Virus record (IMG/VR): IMGVR_UViG_3300017792_000017
Span: 64,001-128,000 of that record
Direction: 5' to 3' (one strand)
DNA length: 64,000 bases
Origin: a virus
Shown: piece after piece, positions 58,001 to 64,000 of the stretch
Layout: every line of letters starts with the position of its first letter
Position numbering within the stretch: position 1 is the first letter of the stretch
Position numbers and translations under genes: made by a program
The notes under the pieces: generated by a model
Database searches by the model: none
The model's input: the letters and a program-made list of their open reading frames with translations, nothing else
What the model was told of the DNA's origin: nothing

Positions 58001-58217
58001 GCTGTGCAGGGGCACTGGAGAAATCCAGTCCCCACTCTTCACCTAGAAAACCGGGACCTCGCCCGGTTTTTTTAGTTTCCTGAAATAGGGTCAATTATTG
58101 GTATAAGTATATTGTAGTAAAAAGTATCACCACTAAAAACGAATAAAACTTTACTTTTAAAGGCTAGGAGCCAACGTCAACTATCTGCTTGATGCCTCAC
58201 TTAATTAGGAGTTAGTC

Positions 58218-58382
58218 ATGTCCCAATACAAGCCCCGAACCACAGATAAAGAGGCACAGTCATCGAGAATCATCGGCGGCGTCTTCAAGGAAATCGTTCA
58301 TTCTGCGGGCGTAGTCGTCGGCGGTCTTTTGATCTCTGTGTTACTTGTCTCCCAGGAAGGGCGTACCTTGAGACACCACTAA
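58218..58382 (+). CDS. 54-aa membrane peptide
   Basis: AGGAG RBS; MSQYKPRTTDKEAQSSRIIGGVFKEIVHSAGVVVGGLLISVLLVSQEGRTLRHH; absent from ORF track. Confidence 0.65.
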   Translation: MSQYKPRTTDKEAQSSRIIGGVFKEIVHSAGVVVGGLLISVLLVSQEGRTLRHH

Positions 58383-58492
58383 TAATTTCAGTCAGACCAA
58401 AAAAGGAACAGGAGTTAAAAACAAACCTTCTGTTTTGAAGTTTTACAACGGGCGTTGTTAGTATTAAGTGCTGTTTAATTTTGGAGTTTCAA

Positions 58493-58714
58493 ATGGCATA
58501 CGAAAAGAGACCATACGATCCGGACCTGGATCTGGATAACGGGGAACTGGACGCTGAGAAGATTGCGGGAGGTTTTCTCAAGGGCATTCTCAAGGTTGCA
58601 GGCTTTGCGCTGATGGCGGTCATTGCCGGATACAGTGCTGGCGTTGCCCAAGAGAACTACCGTGCATCGCGTGAGCGGTCCAGTGGCGGCAGTTCGGCTA
58701 GTGCACATAGGTAG
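58493..58714 (+). CDS. small membrane protein
   Basis: GGAG RBS; IAGGFLKGILKVAGFALMAVIAGY. Confidence 0.65.
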   Translation: MAYEKRPYDPDLDLDNGELDAEKIAGGFLKGILKVAGFALMAVIAGYSAGVAQENYRASRERSSGGSSASAHR

Positions 58715-58731
58715 AAGATACCCTGACATAT

Positions 58732-59421
58732 ATGAAGAACAGGAACTCGAAGACTAACAAAACGAGGCCGACTATGTCAGGGGTTACAAATCAATCTCAT
58801 GATTGGCAAGATCAGCTTCTGGAAGTGGGAAGCATCCTTGGCAATAGGGATCGAGATGCAATCGGAGGGTACGTCTCCAATCGTTACGTACGCGGTAAGG
58901 TCAAAAAACTCCAAGAATCTGATCCATTCGAAGGAGTAGTTTTCTCTGGTGTAAACGGTAGTGAAAAAGCGTTAACCAATGTAGATAACCTAGACGATGT
59001 CATACACGAGGCGGGGAATCACCCGGGAGACATCGGTAGTGAAGAAGTTATAGGTTCAGAAGTTGGCCAGCTTCAGGTTATTTACAGCGAAGAAAATGGT
59101 GAAGAGGCGTCTATGAGTTTAAAGAGAGAAGACCCATTTCTGCCGGTCGGCAGTAATGCACAAGAAACCAATGATAACCCAAAGGGATATGGCAGCGGCA
59201 AACGCAAGGCCGCACATGGCGATGACGATCATAGGGAAGAGGACACGAGGACCGATGAAGAAAAAGCCGACGATGACCGCAAGCATAGAAACAACGAGCG
59301 CGTCAAAAAAGGCATCATCTGGGGTCTCTTGGGTGCAGCTACTCTCGCAGTACTTGGCGGGGGCATTGCGGTTGGTTCCAGCTTGCTTGGAAACAACAAA
59401 TCCAATATCATGAACCTCTAA
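58732..59421 (+). CDS. acidic disordered protein with C-terminal TM anchor
   Basis: GIIWGLLGAATLAVLGGGIAVG near C-terminus. Confidence 0.7.
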   Translation: MKNRNSKTNKTRPTMSGVTNQSHDWQDQLLEVGSILGNRDRDAIGGYVSNRYVRGKVKKLQESDPFEGVVFSGVNGSEKALTNVDNLDDVIHEAGNHPGDIGSEEVIGSEVGQLQVIYSEENGEEASMSLKREDPFLPVGSNAQETNDNPKGYGSGKRKAAHGDDDHREEDTRTDEEKADDDRKHRNNERVKKGIIWGLLGAATLAVLGGGIAVGSSLLGNNKSNIMNL

Positions 59422-59491
59422 CGCAATTTAATACGAAGGCCCGTAGAAACTGCGGGTCTTCCTTAAACTAAGGATATTACAGGACACAATA

Positions 59492-59839
59492 ATGGCATTA
59501 GCAGATTTCAGTTTTAAAAATCCACAGATCCTAAATTACTTCAAAGGATCGAATTCATATATTCCCACTTCGGAGCTTATTTTTATCCATTCACATCCAC
59601 TCGTCAAACCTAATTTTTTAGATGAGATGGAAGCAATGATCCTTCGAACAAGTCAACTCATTGATCAAAAAAGTATTAGGGGCGCAGTGATCGAGAAGCT
59701 TGCTAACCTCGCAATGAAATTCGGGGCAGAACTCCCGAACATTAATCAAGAGAACGCCCCGACTATTCTCTCTCACTTGAGAGAAATCTATAAGCTATGT
59801 GATGGTTTATTGAAAAACAACAATATCATGAATACGTAA
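59492..59839 (+). CDS. hypothetical protein
   Basis: AGGA RBS; convergent 33-nt overlap with next gene. Confidence 0.65.
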   Translation: MALADFSFKNPQILNYFKGSNSYIPTSELIFIHSHPLVKPNFLDEMEAMILRTSQLIDQKSIRGAVIEKLANLAMKFGAELPNINQENAPTILSHLREIYKLCDGLLKNNNIMNT

Positions 59840-60994
59840 GTTACCAGTGTTGGTATCAGCAGCGTTTGAGCCAAGTCTATTCAGAGTAACGAATAGCTTC
59901 TCTTTGTTGATTACCCACTGGTTATTTACGAAACCTGAAAATGCGGTTGACGGAATAATAGCCGTTGCAGTTGCATACGTTTGAACTGCGTTTGCAGAAA
60001 CGTTCATAGCTACTGTTTCAACGCCCGTTGTAGTAAGACCTGAAGTAGTACTGTCACCTACGCCAGTTGCAAGGTATGAGAGTTGCAGGGCGAAGTTATT
60101 GCCAGCAGCGTCTCCTGAGAAAGCAATACGAAGCTTAATAGGAACATACGGATTTGTGTTCTGGCTACGAAGTGGAACTGGAACAGCTACACCTTGAGTA
60201 GCAGCATTTGCAAAGGTCCAAGCAGGAATACCTGCAACAGTAGTTTGCGTAGCTGAGTTTGACAGAAGTGCAGCCGCGTCAACTGAAAGATTAATACCTT
60301 TAAGGAACGGTGCTGCAGAATTTGCAAATACAGTAGGGTTGGTAATACCGAACGTAGTTACGAACGTATACAGGGGAAACCATCCTGCGTCGATAGCCGG
60401 TTCAACCTGGGTGCCAGTAGGTGCTTGCGTACCTGCTTTAAGCTGAAGCTTAAGTTCTTTATTCAGAAGCAAGCAAGGCAAGAACGAATTAGTAGAATCC
60501 AGAAACGAAGCTGGAAGACCTGAAGAGGCCATGTTTACAGAAGACAAATCAGAAAACTGAGCTTCTACAACATAAGAAATAGATGTGCCTGCGTTCGTAG
60601 GTGAAACGAGGTTAAAGCTAACAGGGGCGAATAGAAGTGCCTGCTTAACAATGGTTTGAGCAATGGCGTCATTCGTTGCCTGAGCTTGGTAAACAGAGCC
60701 CGGATTGATCGTAATGATGTTTGAGCCAGGAAAGCTAACTGATAGCCCTGACATAACCATTGAGTTGTTGGCATTAGAGAACAACTCTTGAAACACAGAC
60801 GCTAGAGAAAGCTCGTTAATAAGAACAGCACGTCTAGCAGAGTCGCCACCGCCAGAACCGATAGTGGCAATATTCTGAGCTAGGTCAGTTAGCGGTCTGT
60901 TATCAACTGCATAGTGATATGGGTCGAATTGGGTGAAGTAACGCACTGTTGTTAGTGAGTTGCTGTCCTGAGCGACGAAACCTGGTGTAGACAT
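59807..60994 (-). CDS. putative baseplate/tail structural protein
   Basis: YHYAVDNRPL motif, beta-rich; TAAAATA at 61038-61044. Confidence 0.6.
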   Translation of the reverse strand: MSTPGFVAQDSNSLTTVRYFTQFDPYHYAVDNRPLTDLAQNIATIGSGGGDSARRAVLINELSLASVFQELFSNANNSMVMSGLSVSFPGSNIITINPGSVYQAQATNDAIAQTIVKQALLFAPVSFNLVSPTNAGTSISYVVEAQFSDLSSVNMASSGLPASFLDSTNSFLPCLLLNKELKLQLKAGTQAPTGTQVEPAIDAGWFPLYTFVTTFGITNPTVFANSAAPFLKGINLSVDAAALLSNSATQTTVAGIPAWTFANAATQGVAVPVPLRSQNTNPYVPIKLRIAFSGDAAGNNFALQLSYLATGVGDSTTSGLTTTGVETVAMNVSANAVQTYATATAIIPSTAFSGFVNNQWVINKEKLFVTLNRLGSNAADTNTGNLRIHDIVVFQ

Positions 60995-61069
60995 ATTTGT
61001 TGAATTCCGATTGAGTTATGGTACAATATCTATGGCTTATTTTACAGCATTTATTTTTAGGCTTCAACT

Positions 61070-61534
61070 ATGAAACTCACAGAAAACGGCATTGTCTACG
61101 AATATCATGGAGACACAATCACAAGGCGTTGGCCTTGGAGAAACCGTCACGGATCAAAGTATTACAGTGACCAATATTCTCTGTACTTCAATAGTTTTAA
61201 CACTTACTGGAAACATGTTGGCACAGCTCAAGCTGCTCTTATCCAGTCAGAAAGCAAGCTAGAAGGCTTTTCATACGGCGAAGTTCTAGGTCAGTGGGTT
61301 AGAACTCGTTATCCTCATGAGAGCATTGTTGTCCTCAAGGATTTAAATGCTCAAGAGCGTGGACTATCTTTCTGGGCAAAGATTCCCAAAGAGAAGATCG
61401 AACACATTCAGAAGGACATTATAGTACTTCGTTGTGGCAGCAAAGAAAAGGCTTGTGAGATCGTAGATTCTATTGAACCCAACTTTGCAGATGCCTTTGC
61501 GTTTGCTGGCGGTATTTTAATCAATTACAACTGA
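61070..61534 (+). CDS. hypothetical protein
   Basis: First of coupled operon. Confidence 0.7.
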   Translation: MKLTENGIVYEYHGDTITRRWPWRNRHGSKYYSDQYSLYFNSFNTYWKHVGTAQAALIQSESKLEGFSYGEVLGQWVRTRYPHESIVVLKDLNAQERGLSFWAKIPKEKIEHIQKDIIVLRCGSKEKACEIVDSIEPNFADAFAFAGGILINYN

Positions 61535-61806
61535 TGAAAGGATATGCATTTTTAGACGTAGATGGTCGTCTACAGTATCGTATTAAAGAATATATTGATA
61601 TAGACAATCCATTTTTTTGGCAACAAAACAGATACGACATTCTTCGAAAGTGGCAGTTCGATACCGCAGACTTTAACTCAATGCTCTTTATGTTTAAACA
61701 AATTAGAGACTTGAAGTTAGATGTAAATATGGTAAAGGAATTTTGCACGATGATTGACTTTGATATTGAGACATTAAAGATTGCTAGTAAGATTCAACCA
61801 AAATAA
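61534..61806 (+). CDS. hypothetical protein
   Basis: TGATG coupling. Confidence 0.7.
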   Translation: MKGYAFLDVDGRLQYRIKEYIDIDNPFFWQQNRYDILRKWQFDTADFNSMLFMFKQIRDLKLDVNMVKEFCTMIDFDIETLKIASKIQPK

Positions 61807-63583
61807 AACAAGGGTATTGTTCATTAATGAAGATATCAAAGAATACAAGAAGTTAATGGAATTTCCGGCCTTTCTACGTGATGGGCCGTATTTCTTTGTA
61901 CCCGCCACATGGGCCGTTGCTCGTAACGTATATATGCGTATGAGAAACGACTTCAAAACAATGAAATTCAAAGTCGATTTAGACGTTCACGAATTTCTAA
62001 CCTCAACCCCCAAACTTAAAGAAATCCCTGAATCGTTCAAGTTCTTCACTGAACCTATGGACTTTCAGAGAATTGCTCTGCGCTACATTTACACAGTAGG
62101 AAGCGGGGGTATTCTTTTAGATCCAGGTATGGGTAAGTCTAAGGTAACACTGGACTACATTGCCTTAATGGGTTTTAAGAGAGTAATTATCGTTTGCCCG
62201 AAGCCTTTGCTTTTCGTCTGGGAAGACGAAATCAAGTTTCACCGTCCTGACCTTACTTTCTACACAGTTAAGACAACGAACTGGGAAAAGGAAAAAGAAG
62301 GGATTCTTAACAACCGAGTGACAATCATCAACTATAACAAGGCTGTAACGTTCGAACACAACCTTAAGGAAGTTGGATATGAGTACATTCACTTGGACGA
62401 GTTCTTAATCAAAGATCCAAAGACGACGAGAACAAAAGCTTTAACAGAGATTTCAAAAGTAATCCAGTATAGAACTGGTGGTTCTGGAACGCTTATTAAC
62501 AACAGTATTATGGATGTGTTTTGTCCGGTACGGTATTTGCAACCAGCATTGGTTGGTTGGAACTATCGTAACTTTCTTGATCGCCATGCTGTTAAAGTGG
62601 CTGTCAAAAAAGGAGAACAAGGCTCAGTCCAAGCTATTGTTGCGTTTAAAGGCATGGATATTGCCAGGTCTATTCTTGAGTCATGCTCTATCGTAATGAC
62701 GAAAGAAGAATGGCTTAAGGGAAAGATTCCGGAGAAGGTATTCCACGATGTTTATGTGACGCCATCTGCTCAGCAAAAGGAAGTGTATAACTCCTTGATG
62801 AAGAATTACATTGCTGAGTTTAGAGGAAACTTCATTGAAATCGATAATCCTCTGGTTATGCTCAGTAAGTTGTATCAGATCTCAAACGGGTTTCTGTACA
62901 AGACTGATAAGCCTGAAGTAGATATTAAGAAGACCGATGCCTTTGCAGCTAATGACTTAGACGACCTTCTGCAAGACGGAAGTGAACGCAAGCGTAAACC
63001 AAAGCGTGAAACTCTGTTCTTCGATGAGCAACCTAAGGTTGAAGCGTTGCGTGATATTTGTGTAAACAAGATTCCGATTAAGAAAGCGATTATCTGGTTC
63101 AACATGTCAGCAGAGCTTGAACTTATTGAAGCTATGATGCAGAAAGAAGGTAAAACCTATTCTGTAATCAAAGGTGGAGAATCGAATATCGGGAAGAAGG
63201 TTCGTGAGTATAATGCCAATCCAGCAATTCAGTATTTGATCTGTCAAGCTAAGGCAGTTAACTACGGTATTACTGTTCTTGGAACTACGATTGAGAAACT
63301 AGAAGACTCAGATAGTGAATACGAGGTAATGCCAAACATTAGCCCAGAAGTTCACACTGAAATCTTTTACAGTATGAACTTTAGCTTGGAAGTATATCTA
63401 CAACAACAAGACCGTATTCACCGTATCGGTCAAAAACACGTTTGTGACTATTACCGTATATTCGCAAATACATCAATCGAACATCAAATCAGGAAAGCAG
63501 CAGTTGATAAGATGAGCATTCGGGAAGAACTTCTCGTTGACATAGCTCACAAACTTAGAGAATCAGATGCTAATTTGGTATAA
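61781..63583 (+). CDS. SNF2-like superfamily 2 helicase
   Basis: DPGMGKS, HLDEF, SGT, QQQDRIHRIGQ. Confidence 0.85.
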   Translation: MLVRFNQNKTRVLFINEDIKEYKKLMEFPAFLRDGPYFFVPATWAVARNVYMRMRNDFKTMKFKVDLDVHEFLTSTPKLKEIPESFKFFTEPMDFQRIALRYIYTVGSGGILLDPGMGKSKVTLDYIALMGFKRVIIVCPKPLLFVWEDEIKFHRPDLTFYTVKTTNWEKEKEGILNNRVTIINYNKAVTFEHNLKEVGYEYIHLDEFLIKDPKTTRTKALTEISKVIQYRTGGSGTLINNSIMDVFCPVRYLQPALVGWNYRNFLDRHAVKVAVKKGEQGSVQAIVAFKGMDIARSILESCSIVMTKEEWLKGKIPEKVFHDVYVTPSAQQKEVYNSLMKNYIAEFRGNFIEIDNPLVMLSKLYQISNGFLYKTDKPEVDIKKTDAFAANDLDDLLQDGSERKRKPKRETLFFDEQPKVEALRDICVNKIPIKKAIIWFNMSAELELIEAMMQKEGKTYSVIKGGESNIGKKVREYNANPAIQYLICQAKAVNYGITVLGTTIEKLEDSDSEYEVMPNISPEVHTEIFYSMNFSLEVYLQQQDRIHRIGQKHVCDYYRIFANTSIEHQIRKAAVDKMSIREELLVDIAHKLRESDANLV

Positions 63584-63623
63584 GGTTATTGGGTAAACCT
63601 GTAACTTTTTACCGGATTTCATC

Positions 63624-63863
63624 ATGTGGACCTGTATTCCCTGTCTCAAGCAGGCCAGTAAGAAAGTTCCCAAGAACTTGCTTATTCGGACCTGCAATGT
63701 TTGCCATACGCCAGCAGTTGAATGCGCTATTGAGCAGACGAAAGTCAATATTGAAGCACCGAATTGGCATAAGGGTTCTGAGGGCAAACATAGTCTTTCC
63801 GCTCCCGAACCTTTCCAGATTCCGGAGAACGGCTTGTACCTCTGGCTTAGACCACAACATTAA
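63624..63863 (+). CDS. small Cys-rich (Zn-finger) protein
   Basis: CIPC...CNVC; TGGTATAAG at 63575. Confidence 0.5.
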   Translation: MWTCIPCLKQASKKVPKNLLIRTCNVCHTPAVECAIEQTKVNIEAPNWHKGSEGKHSLSAPEPFQIPENGLYLWLRPQH

Positions 63864-63902
63864 CCCCGTAGTAAAGACCTGACCAAGAAGGGTAAAAATA
63901 AG

Positions 63903-64000
63903 ATGACCGCAGAAACTCAGCATTTTCTGAATCAAAACGCCGTTGAATCGCAAGTCAGCATTGCGCTCAACCGCTGGATGCAAAAGCATCCTGACCACAC
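63903..64000 (+). CDS. 5' end of hypothetical protein (truncated by window)
   Basis: MTAETQHFLNQNAVESQVSIALNRWMQKHPDH, open to edge. Confidence 0.5.
   Translation, partial: MTAETQHFLNQNAVESQVSIALNRWMQKHPDH

Noticed and set aside
1-64000. tRNA genes, terminase, integrase, nucleus-shell or tubulin genes; assignment to a named phage or host
   Set aside because: None recognisable by eye in this window; naming needs a database search

Overview
64 kb of a large lytic myovirus (jumbo-phage-like) genome; no host-type housekeeping genes, rRNA, tRNA or CRISPR array were seen. The minus strand carries a late/morphogenesis programme: probable portal, prohead protease, scaffold/core proteins, major capsid protein, neck, tail sheath and tube, baseplate and tail-fibre genes, a lytic transglycosylase, and a three-piece multisubunit RNA polymerase whose beta/beta' boundary has moved. 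Short plus-strand cassettes are interspersed, most starting with a TGGTATAAG motif, whereas late genes are preceded by TAAAATA. Highlights: (1) a retron-type reverse transcriptase with structured RNA on both sides, a 42-aa amphipathic peptide ORF and a 12-bp long-range pairing that brackets the locus; (2) an N-x-YLEKIA leader and hydrophobic-x-K-x-A motifs across head proteins, which also mark domain junctions of two DNA-repair fusion proteins (LigD-PE/SNF2 and HhH/ligase), suggesting a packaged, protease-released repair kit; (3) a PRTRC-type ubiquitin-like conjugation set (Ubl, E2, JAB, E1); (4) a candidate -1 frameshift (A AAA AAG plus hairpin) extending a scaffold-like protein; (5) a palindromic, repeat-rich probable replication origin. 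All calls come from motifs read by eye; no database search was run.
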